Of a stretch of 52,514 nucleotides of DNA, positions 1-9,963 are shown in pieces. Positions within the stretch are counted from its first letter, which is position 1, and each line of letters begins with the position of its first letter. The stretch comes from a virus (Duplodnaviria > Caudoviricetes), in IMG/VR virus record IMGVR_UViG_3300023174_000228, positions 1 to 52,514 of that record. The stretch is one strand, 5' to 3'. The notes beneath the pieces were generated by a model. That model searched no databases, was not told the origin of the DNA, and saw nothing but the letters and a program-made list of their open reading frames with translations. The position numbers and the translations under genes are program-made.

Positions 1-320
1 TCCATAAGTTTGGGTGATATCCCAACACTATCTGCCACTTGGACCAATGCTTATACCAATCTGATTAATAACAGTTCAGCTTATCTAAGTTCCATAAGTT
101 TGGGTGATATCCCAACACTATCTGCCACTTGGACCAATGCTTATACCAATCTGATTAATAACAGTTCAGCTTATCTAAGTTCCATAAGTTTGGGTGATAT
201 CCCAACACTATCTGCCAGCTGGAACAGTGTTTATAGCACCACTCAAACTAATAGCTCCACTTGGACCAATGCTTATACCAATCTGATTAATAACAGTTCG
301 GCTTATCTAAGTTCCATAAG
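1..320 (+). repeat. In-frame 90-bp tandem repeat
   Basis: Identical units start at 1, 91 and 181 (third partial); a further partial copy at ~258-320. Confidence 0.95.
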
Positions 321-1077
321 CACAGCAGATCAAAAACTATTTAACATAGGAAGGAGTATTGCTGGAAGAGTAGGTTTTGGTGGGGCGTACTCACTTGCGT
401 CTGGAACTGGAACAACTAACGATGCACAACAAGCGCAAGGTTCGTATAATATAAATATGAGAAGCGGAACATCTGCCGCTGGATATGTAAAACAAGGATA
501 TTACGACCCGCTAGAAACAGATTTTCAATATGGTGCTTCTACCATAGATTATTCAAAAAGAATACGGTTTGCTGTTCAAGGAATGATGTATCTTGCATCA
601 ACAAATTGTCGCATTCGTTTTGTATTTGGAGGCACTGGCAATAGCGTAGCTCCTCCCGCCGCAGATGCGAACGGACTTACAGCAAAAGGGTTTGGGGTTG
701 AATTCTTTGTGGTTAGTGGAGTTGTTCAAGCACGACTCATTGGGTTTAACTCGGCTTATCTTACGCCATCATCATACACCACGCTAACAAATGGTTTTGC
801 TATTGTAGCAAATTCAAATCGTTATTTTGCTTGCATGATTGAAAGTGATGGAACTGGAAACATAAATCTTTATGGAGCAGAATCATCAACAGTAAGAAAC
901 ATTGTAATAAGCCCAATTCCTTTGCTTACTCTGACAGGAGGTCCAACTAACTCTACAGGCTCCAATCGTTTCGGGCCGGAAATTCAAGTAGTTAATCATT
1001 CAACAATAGCTCCTACGGCATCTCCCAATGGTTTGCTTTTTTCTACAAATGACAACTGGATTATGGACATACAATGA
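1..1077 (+). CDS. Fibre-like virion protein, 5'-truncated by the window edge; W/Y repeats plus a beta-rich C-terminal domain
   Basis: Frame open from base 1; tandem 30-aa repeats SSISLGDIPTLSATWTNAYTNLINNSSAYL; G/S/T-rich C-terminus. Confidence 0.7.
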   Translation, partial: SISLGDIPTLSATWTNAYTNLINNSSAYLSSISLGDIPTLSATWTNAYTNLINNSSAYLSSISLGDIPTLSASWNSVYSTTQTNSSTWTNAYTNLINNSSAYLSSISTADQKLFNIGRSIAGRVGFGGAYSLASGTGTTNDAQQAQGSYNINMRSGTSAAGYVKQGYYDPLETDFQYGASTIDYSKRIRFAVQGMMYLASTNCRIRFVFGGTGNSVAPPAADANGLTAKGFGVEFFVVSGVVQARLIGFNSAYLTPSSYTTLTNGFAIVANSNRYFACMIESDGTGNINLYGAESSTVRNIVISPIPLLTLTGGPTNSTGSNRFGPEIQVVNHSTIAPTASPNGLLFSTNDNWIMDIQ

Positions 1078-1187
1078 TTTTAGTAATTCTTGCTGGACTA
1101 TTGGTATGTTCCTGCTCGCCACGGCGAACAACGCCACAACGCCAGCAAGTGGAAGCGTATCTGAACATCAAATATGCAATTTATTAA

Positions 1188-1370
1188 ATGAAAAAAAATT
1201 CTTTAGTTTCTCTTGATATTATAACAATACTTCCAAATGATGGAGTTCATGCTGATTTATATATTCAAGGAAACAACGTGGGACGGCTTTTTTTGAATAA
1301 AGAAGAAAAACAAATTTTGCAGGAAACTTTTATGATAGAAGAGAAATTTTTGCAGGATTTGAATGGATAA
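1188..1370 (+). CDS. Hypothetical protein
   Basis: 60-aa ORF abutting a convergent gene. Confidence 0.55.
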   Translation: MKKNSLVSLDIITILPNDGVHADLYIQGNNVGRLFLNKEEKQILQETFMIEEKFLQDLNG

Positions 1371-1577
1371 TCAAATATAAACCATCACAGCACCTGTTTC
1401 AGTTTCTTCATAATATATGCTTTGATTTCCGTGTTTTTCGAACATTTTTTGAAAAATTTGAATTGACTCATGTGGACATACTATTAGTACGGTATCATTT
1501 TCATCGTCATAACCAATATACGACGCATCCTTCAGTTTTTTCTGATTCTCTGTTAGTATTTTGGCCACAGACTTCAT
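1371..1577 (-). CDS. Hypothetical protein
   Basis: 68-aa ORF with TAAATA 5 nt before ATG. Confidence 0.7.
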   Translation of the reverse strand: MKSVAKILTENQKKLKDASYIGYDDENDTVLIVCPHESIQIFQKMFEKHGNQSIYYEETETGAVMVYI

Positions 1578-1608
1578 GATAATATTTAGATAATTTTATA
1601 GGGAAATG

Positions 1609-1635
1609 TTGAATATATAGTTCCCATGATATAAT
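1609..1635 (+). promoter_or_regulatory. Sigma70-like promoter directly before ATG 1641
   Basis: TTGAAT-N15-TATAAT with TG extension, 5 nt before ATG. Confidence 0.6.
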
Positions 1636-1640
1636 CGAAT

Positions 1641-2057
1641 ATGCGAATTAGTTGGAATAAATATGCTCTGAATCTTGCAATTGAAGCATCAAAAAGAAGC
1701 GAAGATCCATACAGAAAAGTAGGAGCATGTGCTTTAAGTTTTGACAACAGAGTTCTTGGTGTTGCTTATAACGGATTGGTCGGCGGAAAAAATGTAGTTA
1801 AAAATTTTTGGAATGACCGAAATCATCGTAGAAAATACATGATTCATGCAGAAACCAATTTACTAAGTCTTTTTGAACGCGGAGAATGTCGGTTAATTGC
1901 ATCTACACTTCTTCCGTGTAGTTACTGCGCCCGAATGATATGTGCATGGGGAATTCCTGAAGTAATATACCAAGAAGAATATGATAATGACACTGAAGGA
2001 TTGGAAATATTTAAATTTTATGGTGTAAAAGTTAAAAAATCAGACAATTTTATTTAA
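1641..2057 (+). CDS. cd: dCMP deaminase
   Basis: RSEDP..KVGA, GVAYNG, HAE and PCSYC zinc motifs. Confidence 0.9.
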   Translation: MRISWNKYALNLAIEASKRSEDPYRKVGACALSFDNRVLGVAYNGLVGGKNVVKNFWNDRNHRRKYMIHAETNLLSLFERGECRLIASTLLPCSYCARMICAWGIPEVIYQEEYDNDTEGLEIFKFYGVKVKKSDNFI

Positions 2058-2376
2058 TTTTATTTTGCAGGCATATAATTGCCATTATTGCACGTATTGC
2101 AGCGCCTTTGGCATGATCAAGGGCTGTTTCGTTATTAAATTCTTTTTCCAATTTCTCTGCCAACATTAATGAGTTTGTTGCATGCCTGATTGATCGTGTT
2201 AGGTGCCATTTGTATCCTTCTGCATACCATTCCCCAGAATAATGCTTTTCTGAATCCAGACACGCGGTCATTATATTGTTTACCAATGAGTAGGCGAGTT
2301 TTGATACTTGTTTTGTTGAAGGTGCCGATTTTGCAACCTTTAAATTTTTGGATGTTTTTGGAATGCGATGTGCCAT
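2050..2376 (-). CDS. Possible dATP/dGTP diphosphohydrolase-like (DUF5664-like) protein
   Basis: K-H..GEW...H..R.IRH....ETALDH...A pattern resembles this all-alpha family; weak match. Confidence 0.4.
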   Translation of the reverse strand: MAHRIPKTSKNLKVAKSAPSTKQVSKLAYSLVNNIMTACLDSEKHYSGEWYAEGYKWHLTRSIRHATNSLMLAEKLEKEFNNETALDHAKGAAIRAIMAIICLQNKIK

Positions 2377-2416
2377 GTGCCATTGAATTTTAGTTATCTT
2401 ATGTTATAACAAGTGA

Positions 2417-3154
2417 ATGTCAAATTCTTGCCCAATTATTTTCGATTCAGAAAAACATTCATATACAAGAATTTCTGATGGTCAAATTTTTAAAAGTGTA
2501 ACAACTTTTATAGGCGAATTCAAACCCAAAACAGATTTCGAAAAAATAGCAGAACGTATTGCTGGAAACCGGGGAGTAAACAAACAAGAGGTTCTTAACG
2601 AATGGGAAGAAATTAAAAATAAAGGAACAGGTTTTGGAACAAGAATACATCATGATATTCAAAATTATCTGGAAGGAAAAGATTGTGATCCATCTTTGAA
2701 ACCTTTCCTTGAAAAAATGAATACGGATCATCGCCTTCACAATAAAAAGGTTTTGAGCGAAACAATGATATATGATCATGATTATCATATTGCAGGAACT
2801 GCCGATTTGATTGCAGAATATATGGATAATAATTTTTTTGAAATTATCGATTACAAGACCAATAAAAAGTTTACTTTCGGAACAAGTCGATGGGAAAACA
2901 GTTATTTTGCATCTCCCGTAAACCATCTGCCCTGTAATGAATATTTCACATATGCTCTTCAGTTGAGCCTGTATGCATATGTATTTTCCAAAATGACAGG
3001 AAAAAAACCATCTCGCTTAACAGTATATTGGCTTAAAAGAAAAAATATAAAAGATTATGAAAGCTTTGAAGGAATTTGGAAAAAAATAGGCATGCCATAT
3101 CTTGAGGATGAAGTGATTTCTTTGCTAAATAGTATTGATGGCAAAAAGATTTAA
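2417..3154 (+). CDS. PD-(D/E)XK (Cas4-like) exonuclease
   Basis: SVTT, GTRIH, IAGTADL, IIDYKT and QLSLYA motifs. Confidence 0.85.
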   Translation: MSNSCPIIFDSEKHSYTRISDGQIFKSVTTFIGEFKPKTDFEKIAERIAGNRGVNKQEVLNEWEEIKNKGTGFGTRIHHDIQNYLEGKDCDPSLKPFLEKMNTDHRLHNKKVLSETMIYDHDYHIAGTADLIAEYMDNNFFEIIDYKTNKKFTFGTSRWENSYFASPVNHLPCNEYFTYALQLSLYAYVFSKMTGKKPSRLTVYWLKRKNIKDYESFEGIWKKIGMPYLEDEVISLLNSIDGKKI

Positions 3155-3404
3155 ATTAAAAAAATACGTTTTAAGAGGATTTCTTTATATTAGTATAGCT
3201 TCTCTGACTGCCCTTATGTCAGATTTAAGCGGATACAAGCTTTTTTCTGAAATTGGACCTGTTCAAACCGCAATTATAATTATAAACTTTTTTTTACAAG
3301 GATTTATATCATGGAGAGCTTTTCTGGATCAAAGCATAAGTGATAATAAAAAAGAAGAACAACTTTCTCAATCTATTGATATACCAAAAGTTTCAGATAA
3401 GTAA
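3135..3404 (+). CDS. Small two-TM membrane protein (holin-like topology)
   Basis: Basic N-terminus, two hydrophobic segments, charged C-tail. Confidence 0.55.
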   Translation: MMAKRFKLKKYVLRGFLYISIASLTALMSDLSGYKLFSEIGPVQTAIIIINFFLQGFISWRAFLDQSISDNKKEEQLSQSIDIPKVSDK

Positions 3405-3408
3405 TTTT

Positions 3409-3630
3409 ATGGACATTGTTGAAGAATACGGAATTATTACGCAATTTTTTCAAATGGACCAACCCTGTCCAAGTCAGATAAAAAATTGCCAAAATTTAAG
3501 AAATTCATATGTGCAAAGCAATACAAGCTTAAAACGTCAAGGTGGTTGTTATCCATGCGCCCACAACAATTTAAGAACACAAACCATTCAAAACATAAAA
3601 AAGAATCTGGTTTTGCAAAATGCTGATTGA
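3409..3630 (+). CDS. Hypothetical Cys-containing protein
   Basis: ATG 3409 preceded by TAAGTA-N5; CxxC motif. Confidence 0.65.
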   Translation: MDIVEEYGIITQFFQMDQPCPSQIKNCQNLRNSYVQSNTSLKRQGGCYPCAHNNLRTQTIQNIKKNLVLQNAD

Positions 3631-3898
3631 ATCATTATTTCTTTGTTCTGCAATTGTAGAAACACTTTTGGTTATTTGGTTTAAAAGTCCAATTCAGGAT
3701 GATTTAGCAATTTTTACTAAAATTCCGTTTCATGATTATCTTAGTTTAAAATTTCCACTTTTGGCAAAGTTAAGCGGATGCCATATATGCATTTCATTTT
3801 GGCTTTCTTTGTTTATTGGCATTTTCTTTTTTGATTTGGGAATATTTTTTATTTGTATTCCTGGATTTTTATATTTGATCAACCATAAAGTTTTCTAA
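3620..3898 (+). CDS. Membrane protein with CxxCxSxW motif (DUF1360-like)
   Basis: GCHICISFW between hydrophobic segments. Confidence 0.55.
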   Translation: MLIESLFLCSAIVETLLVIWFKSPIQDDLAIFTKIPFHDYLSLKFPLLAKLSGCHICISFWLSLFIGIFFFDLGIFFICIPGFLYLINHKVF

Positions 3899-4325
3899 CT
3901 TCCTGATAAAGTTTCAACGAACGTTTTTCATATTTTCTGGCATCAATTTCTATTTTGCTTTTATAATAAGTACTGTTGCATTTATTAATATCATTCAATG
4001 AATATTGATCCATGTCCCATCCATAAATTCGATCTTGTTGGAAATGTCTAAGTTCATGTAAAAGATCTCGCAAAAAGTTTTTGCGCTTAATATTGAATTT
4101 CGTATTTTCTACTGAATAAGTTACAATTCCTATCAAAGGAACCAATTCTTCATATTTGGATATTTTTAGATTTCCATGTGTATCAAAATATAAACGTTTA
4201 GCATTTATTTTTTTTCTGCTACTTTTCAAATAACCCTCTATTTTCTTTTTAAGAAAATCGACAGGTATTTTCAGTTCATCACATAAACGAACGAATCTAC
4301 TGGTAAAACAAATGCTTAAAGACAT
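3879..4325 (-). CDS. Zincin-like metallopeptidase domain protein
   Basis: LLHELRHFQQ (HExxH) and downstream EIDAR. Confidence 0.65.
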   Translation of the reverse strand: MSLSICFTSRFVRLCDELKIPVDFLKKKIEGYLKSSRKKINAKRLYFDTHGNLKISKYEELVPLIGIVTYSVENTKFNIKRKNFLRDLLHELRHFQQDRIYGWDMDQYSLNDINKCNSTYYKSKIEIDARKYEKRSLKLYQEVRKLYG

Positions 4326-4358
4326 TTTATATATTATTTATTTTGCTAAATATAAAAG

Positions 4359-4718
4359 ATGAAGCTTGCACAGGATTATAAAAATATAGCATCACTATAT
4401 TGTCAAAATACATCAAGTCAACAAAATTCTGCAAAAATAACAGAGTATTTGCGCATTTTTTGTGAAAATAACCCTAATTTGATTTTGAAGAAGGTTTATG
4501 GCAATCAGTATCTTTATGAATGGAAAAGCCCTTCATTGTTCATGAACGGTTTTAGTCCATGCCTTATAATAGAAGTTAGAACATGTAAAAACTTGGGCAG
4601 AATGATTAATTTAAAAAATCCAAATATTTTGGAAAAAATAGCTTACAGCAACTTTGTTTTAACTGAAGACAATATTTTAAATAAAATGTCACAAGTTCAA
4701 TTGCTTGGGAGTTTTTAA
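4359..4718 (+). CDS. Hypothetical protein
   Basis: 119-aa ORF; TAAATA-N6-ATG. Confidence 0.7.
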   Translation: MKLAQDYKNIASLYCQNTSSQQNSAKITEYLRIFCENNPNLILKKVYGNQYLYEWKSPSLFMNGFSPCLIIEVRTCKNLGRMINLKNPNILEKIAYSNFVLTEDNILNKMSQVQLLGSF

Positions 4719-4930
4719 TGAATCAAAGATTATTGCAACTAGACCCTCCTATCTGGGTTGTTGCTAAAGACCATGGAGAAGGACGAGCAATAGTTCTTAT
4801 TGATTATGGATTGGATCATAGTTGCATGTTTCTGGTACAATTAAATGATGGAAGATTCAGAGTTTTTAATGTAGAAGATTGTCTGGGATGTGAAAATTTC
4901 ACTTTGGGCATAGATAAGAACAAACTTTAA
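4718..4930 (+). CDS. Hypothetical phage protein
   Basis: QLDPPIWV...GEG.A..LIDYG, a pattern familiar from small phage proteins. Confidence 0.7.
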   Translation: MNQRLLQLDPPIWVVAKDHGEGRAIVLIDYGLDHSCMFLVQLNDGRFRVFNVEDCLGCENFTLGIDKNKL

Positions 4931-4957
4931 AAAAGAATAACGCTTGTAAATAGGTTT

Positions 4958-5155
4958 ATGAATCAAAATTACACTGTAAAAGTCGTGAATAATGAGAAAA
5001 AGGAAATCCGTACAGTTGATACATCTGCCATAGATGCTCATGAGGCACATAAAAGTATTTTTGAAAAAATTAATATCTATAATGAAGATATTTTGGAAAT
5101 TACAGATACAGAAGGAAACAGTGTATATAATTTGAAAAATGGTTTTATTAATTAA
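4958..5155 (+). CDS. Hypothetical protein
   Basis: TAAATA-N5-ATG. Confidence 0.7.
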   Translation: MNQNYTVKVVNNEKKEIRTVDTSAIDAHEAHKSIFEKINIYNEDILEITDTEGNSVYNLKNGFIN

Positions 5156-5179
5156 TATGCATTTTTGATAAATATTTTA

Positions 5180-5623
5180 ATGGCAATATTACCAAGCGAA
5201 ACAGTAAGATTTTATCAAACATTAGAAGAAGGAAAATTTAAAGAGCTTTCCACTAGCACTGTTTTTCCTCCTATAACCACTTTTAACGCTTCTATATTGG
5301 ATTCTACCCTGAATCCATCTGTTTGCGCTAATCCAGCTTATCGTGACACGCAACCTTTAATTTATAATCGTTATGCTGTAATAACCACACCAGCAGGATT
5401 CACTAAAGCAATACCAATTACAACAAATACTATTGTTGGTGCTGCTTCTGCTGCGGCCAGTGTTTTTGTTGGATCCAGCAAAGCTTATGATTTTTATGTG
5501 GGTGGTCAGTGGGTTACATTTGGAACAGTCCCAACAGGAGTTCTTCCGATTAATGCTCAGGGAGCAAGAATAACATCAGGAGGGGGTGCACCTAGTTCCG
5601 GTGATATAACATTCCTTTCGTGA
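5180..5623 (+). CDS. Probable virion structural protein
   Basis: T/G/A/S-rich; TAAATA-N5-ATG at 5180. Confidence 0.65.
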   Translation: MAILPSETVRFYQTLEEGKFKELSTSTVFPPITTFNASILDSTLNPSVCANPAYRDTQPLIYNRYAVITTPAGFTKAIPITTNTIVGAASAAASVFVGSSKAYDFYVGGQWVTFGTVPTGVLPINAQGARITSGGGAPSSGDITFLS

Positions 5624-6531
5624 AGATTGATCTATACAAATATTCTCTTTTAGCAAGCATTCTCGTACTAGCCGGAAGTGCCGCGTTCTTTTCTGTATAT
5701 GGACTGGCCCATCTTTTCAAAAGCCAATTCATTCCTATCATTATTCTTGGATTGGCATTAGAAGCTGCAAAATTTTCAGCCACTGTTGGACTTCATAATC
5801 TTTGGCATAAGCTTAACAAAATGCTGACCAGTTATCTTGTTGCAGGTGTAATTGCACTTTCTCTTATCACAAGTCTTGGAATTTACGGATTTTTAAGTTC
5901 TGCATATACTGTTAGTAAAGCGGAATATTCAATTGATGAAGGAAAAATAAACAATTTGGAAAGTATCAAAGCAAAGAAAAAAGAAATTCTTGTGCAATAT
6001 GACGACCGTTTAAAAAAATTGAATGATAGTAAGAAAGAACAAGAACAACGTCTTAATGATGCTGTGAAAAGCACAACCATGGTGGAAGGCAAAGACAAAG
6101 AAGGAGATAAAATTGTTTATAATGACAAAAGGGCACAACAAACTAAAGATAAAATGATTGATGTTTCATCAAAAGCCATAGAATCTGCCAATACAGAATA
6201 TTCAAATTTAATGAAAGAATATGATCAAACTCAAAGGGAAATACTTGAATTGGAAACACAGATTCTTACAAACAAACAAATTCAGGTCAAAAAGAGCGAT
6301 ATTTTGACATTTAAGTTCATTTCTGAAGGATTGGACTTGGATTTGGATCGCACTGTTCGATACTTTATTTTGATATTAATATTTGTTTTTGATCCGATGG
6401 CGCTTGCTTTGGTTCTTTTATATCAACATTTACGCAAAATTAAGGTAAATAATGTGGAAACCCACGTTATAGAAAAAGAAAAGGAAAAAATAATATACAA
6501 GGAGCCAACCGTAAGAGGTATAGGAATGTAA
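5620..6531 (+). CDS. Membrane protein with central coiled coil
   Basis: Three N-terminal TM segments, long K/E-rich helix, C-terminal TM (IFVFDPMA). Confidence 0.75.
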   Translation: MKIDLYKYSLLASILVLAGSAAFFSVYGLAHLFKSQFIPIIILGLALEAAKFSATVGLHNLWHKLNKMLTSYLVAGVIALSLITSLGIYGFLSSAYTVSKAEYSIDEGKINNLESIKAKKKEILVQYDDRLKKLNDSKKEQEQRLNDAVKSTTMVEGKDKEGDKIVYNDKRAQQTKDKMIDVSSKAIESANTEYSNLMKEYDQTQREILELETQILTNKQIQVKKSDILTFKFISEGLDLDLDRTVRYFILILIFVFDPMALALVLLYQHLRKIKVNNVETHVIEKEKEKIIYKEPTVRGIGM

Positions 6532-6532
6532 T

Positions 6533-7681
6533 ATGGCTGATAGTACTTTTGCAACATTTGATTCAGTGTCAAGTTTAACCTTCCAAGATTATTTGGTTGG
6601 TTATCGAGGTATTCGGGAAACTCAAATAAATTATACTGATTTTTTGAAAAATACTCTTCAAGCAGATCTATCCTCAAAACAATTGATAAGTGTTTACAGC
6701 ACTGTAAAATCTTTGAGCGATACTTGGGAAGAAAGCGTTTATATAACTCCATTACAGGTTGCCAGTGCCAGTTGGGATAGCGTTTATAGCACTGTAAAAT
6801 CTTTGAGCGATACTTGGGAAGAAAGCGTTTATATAACTCCATTACAAGTTGCTAGTGCCAGTTGGGATAGCGTTTATAGCACTGTAAAATCGCTTAGTGA
6901 TACTTGGGAAGAAAGCATTTATATAACACCATTACAAGTTGCTAGTGGTAGTTGGGATAGTGTTTACAGCTCAGTAAGAACAAATAGTGCTAATTGGACC
7001 AATGCTTATACTAACCTGATTAATAATAGTGCGGCTTATCTAACAGGAACTGATGTTAATCTGGGACAGATACCAACAGTATCTGCCAGTTGGGATAGCG
7101 TTTACAGCAATGTAAGAACCAATAGTGCTGGATGGGAAGCTACAAAATCTAAAATGTATGCATCAAGTGCCAGTTGGGATAGTGTTTACAGCACTGTAAA
7201 TTCTATTTCTAGTATTATACCAAACCCAGCTACAACTATATCCCCTCAAATAGCCGTAGGTATTACAGCTTTAAGTTCGATAAATTTTCTTAATACATTA
7301 TCTCCTCAATTACTATATACTGTTCCAGCTGGTAAAATATTTTTAGTTACAGATTATTCCATTATTATTGATGCAGTAGTAGGCGGTAGTGTGAGTGATA
7401 GTAGCTTACCTACATTTAGATTATATAGACACGATACATTAACAAATGCTGCTAATCAGGTTACAAACTCACTTACACCAGTAACTGCTAGTGGCAATAC
7501 ATTTACTACAAACAGATATTATAGAATTGGTGGATCTGTAACTGCATTAAATGGAAAAGCATTAGTTTCAGGTGATGATGCATCTCCGCAAAATAAAATA
7601 TGGTTTAGAGTAGAAAGTTTAGGGACAAACTCATATACAGGATTATCAGGTAGAGTTGTAGTTACAGGTAATCTTTTATAA
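6533..7681 (+). CDS. Fibre-like virion protein with W/Y repeats
   Basis: Repeats SASWDSVYSTVKSLSDTWEESVYITPLQVA; distinct C-terminal beta-rich domain. Confidence 0.75.
   Translation: MADSTFATFDSVSSLTFQDYLVGYRGIRETQINYTDFLKNTLQADLSSKQLISVYSTVKSLSDTWEESVYITPLQVASASWDSVYSTVKSLSDTWEESVYITPLQVASASWDSVYSTVKSLSDTWEESIYITPLQVASGSWDSVYSSVRTNSANWTNAYTNLINNSAAYLTGTDVNLGQIPTVSASWDSVYSNVRTNSAGWEATKSKMYASSASWDSVYSTVNSISSIIPNPATTISPQIAVGITALSSINFLNTLSPQLLYTVPAGKIFLVTDYSIIIDAVVGGSVSDSSLPTFRLYRHDTLTNAANQVTNSLTPVTASGNTFTTNRYYRIGGSVTALNGKALVSGDDASPQNKIWFRVESLGTNSYTGLSGRVVVTGNLL
6691..6970 (+). repeat. In-frame 90-bp tandem repeat, ~3 slightly diverged copies
   Basis: agcactgtaaaatc...tgggaagaaagc...agttgggatag recurs at 90-nt spacing. 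Confidence 0.9.
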
Positions 7682-7688
7682 ATATAAT

Positions 7689-8291
7689 TTAAACCGAATA
7701 AGGTTTTAAAATTCTGTATCGAATACTTATGCTGCTTGTTTGAACAATATTGGTTGTTCTTACGTAAAAATTAACAACGTTTCCAATATTGGTAACATCA
7801 TTGTTATTCATATAAAGAATTGGATATCCACTTGCACTGGATCCTAAAACCAAAGTGAAATCATTTGCAGATATATCCAGATTTGAAGAAGGTTTTATAA
7901 CTGAAGCTAAATCGCTTATATTATATCCAGTACTTATGATTACTGTTCCTGTTGTGTAATAAATTGCAGATACATTTAAAAGTTTAGTATCTACAGTACT
8001 GGAAAGTGATTGTATTTGAGCATTTGTTGTGGCACATAAACTATTAATAAGACTGGTGGTTGTAGCACTTAAACTATTAATAAGACTGGTGGTTGTGGCA
8101 CTTAAAGAAACCACGGCAGCAGATAAATTTATAATTTGATTAAAAAAACTAGTGTTATTTGGACCAATAACAAAATTAACAAAATCAAGCGTATTTGTGC
8201 CTTGTTCGTTTTCGACTATTAAAAGATTACCATTAACAATTTCCTCAATACGAGGTAATCCTTTGATATTAACTACATTCGGATCAGCCAT
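7689..8291 (-). CDS. Probable virion structural protein
   Basis: TATAAATA-N6-ATG; 11-aa repeat SLSATTTSLIN (33 bp); N-terminus resembles fibre attachment segments. Confidence 0.7.
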   Translation of the reverse strand: MADPNVVNIKGLPRIEEIVNGNLLIVENEQGTNTLDFVNFVIGPNNTSFFNQIINLSAAVVSLSATTTSLINSLSATTTSLINSLCATTNAQIQSLSSTVDTKLLNVSAIYYTTGTVIISTGYNISDLASVIKPSSNLDISANDFTLVLGSSASGYPILYMNNNDVTNIGNVVNFYVRTTNIVQTSSISIRYRILKPYSV

Positions 8292-8324
8292 TGATATTAT
8301 TTATATTAAAGTAAATCAATACAA

Positions 8325-9137
8325 GTGAAAAACATTGGTATAGGAATAGTAACTTGCAATAGGCAGGATTTTTACAATAAATGCCTTGCAAGCATTCCAG
8401 AAGACTATTTTGTGGTTACAATCAATGATGGTGAACCAATTAAAGAACCTACCCGTGAAAATCATGTTTTTATACAAAATAAACAAAATCAGGGTGTAGG
8501 TAAAAGTAAAAATATATTATTTAAAAACTTATTGGAAAGGGGATTTGAGCACATTTTCATAATTGAAGATGACATGATTATTAAAAATACTGATGTTTTC
8601 AACAAATATATAAAAGCCAGGGAAGCTACAGGAATTCAACATTTTATGTTTGCTTATCATGGTCCTGCCAATAAAAATGGCTTATCAGGAGGTCCGGCAT
8701 GTCCTCGGTTTGTGGTGGAATATCCAGATAATCTAAAAATTGCAATTGTTCAAGGATGTGTAGGGTCTTTTTGTTATTATACAAGGGAAGTATTGGAAAG
8801 GGTTGGTTTTATTGATGAACAATTTCTTAACGCTTTTGAACATGTAGAGCATAGTTATCGAATAGCCAAAGCAGGTTATACCACTCCTTATTGGAATTGG
8901 GCAGACCTTGCTGACAGTATGGATTATATTGGTGAACAAATGTGTTCAGAGCATAGCAGTTCGATTCGACCCCGTAATGATTGGCGGGAAAATATTATTA
9001 AAGGTATTGGTTTATTTTCCAAAAAACATGGTTATAATCCAGCATGGCAAAATTGCGTTCCAGATTCAAGCAGGGAACAAGTAATAAAAATACTAAAAGA
9101 AATAAAGAAAAATGGTATCTATAGTAACAGCTTATAA
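8325..9137 (+). CDS. Glycosyltransferase family 2
   Basis: IGIVTCNR, INDG, IIEDD, GFIDEQF..AFEHVE. Confidence 0.85.
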   Translation: MKNIGIGIVTCNRQDFYNKCLASIPEDYFVVTINDGEPIKEPTRENHVFIQNKQNQGVGKSKNILFKNLLERGFEHIFIIEDDMIIKNTDVFNKYIKAREATGIQHFMFAYHGPANKNGLSGGPACPRFVVEYPDNLKIAIVQGCVGSFCYYTREVLERVGFIDEQFLNAFEHVEHSYRIAKAGYTTPYWNWADLADSMDYIGEQMCSEHSSSIRPRNDWRENIIKGIGLFSKKHGYNPAWQNCVPDSSREQVIKILKEIKKNGIYSNSL

Positions 9138-9963
9138 TAATCGGTGGGATCTTTTTGAGTTCACTTTAAGAACAATTAAAAAAAGCAAATATACTGATTT
9201 TGAATTAATTGTTGTTGATGATTGTAGCTCTGAAGAGCATCGTCTTGAAGAAAAACTCAAACAATACGATTTCCCAATAACATTGGTTCGATTAGAAAAA
9301 GAAAATAAATTTTATACCAATCCGTGCATTCCATTCAACATAGGTTTTAGTTATGTCAAAGGAGACACAGTTTTAATTCAAAACCCTGAATGTTTTCATA
9401 TGGGTCAAGTTCTTCAAAAAGCTTCAACTATATCTGATAACGATTATTTGGTTTTTAGTTGCTATAACATAGACAAGCAGCTTTCTGAAAAAATAAGAAA
9501 TGAAAATGTAAAAGAAATTGATTTTTCAGTCATCAATCAGTCTATAAATCCAATAGTGAACCGTCCAGTTAGCCATTGCGAAGAAACCGCATGGTATAAT
9601 CATCCAATTTATAGGGACACAAAAATGCATTTTGCATGTGCCATAAAGAAAAAGGATTTGGATGATCTTGGAGGTTTTGATGAAAATTATAGTTTTGCTG
9701 TTGCCTATGATGATAATGATTTGGTGAAACGAATTTTAAATAAAAAAATGAATGTACAATACAGCAATGTTCCTATTGTAATACATCAATGGCATGGTTT
9801 GGGAAATTACACACAACATCACCCTATTCTTTCACAATTATTTCAGGATTTTAATCGTACATTATTTGAAAAATACACATGCAAAATAACAGATTATAGG
9901 GTTGAAAACACAAAAGGTCTAGGTAAGATGGTTCCTCGTAAAATAACCCATTACAATCAATGA
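9112..9963 (+). CDS. Glycosyltransferase family 2
   Basis: ELIVVDDCS, GGFDENY...YDDND. Confidence 0.9.
   Translation: MVSIVTAYNNRWDLFEFTLRTIKKSKYTDFELIVVDDCSSEEHRLEEKLKQYDFPITLVRLEKENKFYTNPCIPFNIGFSYVKGDTVLIQNPECFHMGQVLQKASTISDNDYLVFSCYNIDKQLSEKIRNENVKEIDFSVINQSINPIVNRPVSHCEETAWYNHPIYRDTKMHFACAIKKKDLDDLGGFDENYSFAVAYDDNDLVKRILNKKMNVQYSNVPIVIHQWHGLGNYTQHHPILSQLFQDFNRTLFEKYTCKITDYRVENTKGLGKMVPRKITHYNQ

Noticed and set aside
1-320. CRISPR array
   Set aside because: The units are contiguous 90-bp in-frame coding repeats with no unique spacers
2417-3154. CRISPR-associated Cas4
   Set aside because: No cas genes or array nearby and no four-Cys cluster; a stand-alone phage PD-(D/E)XK nuclease
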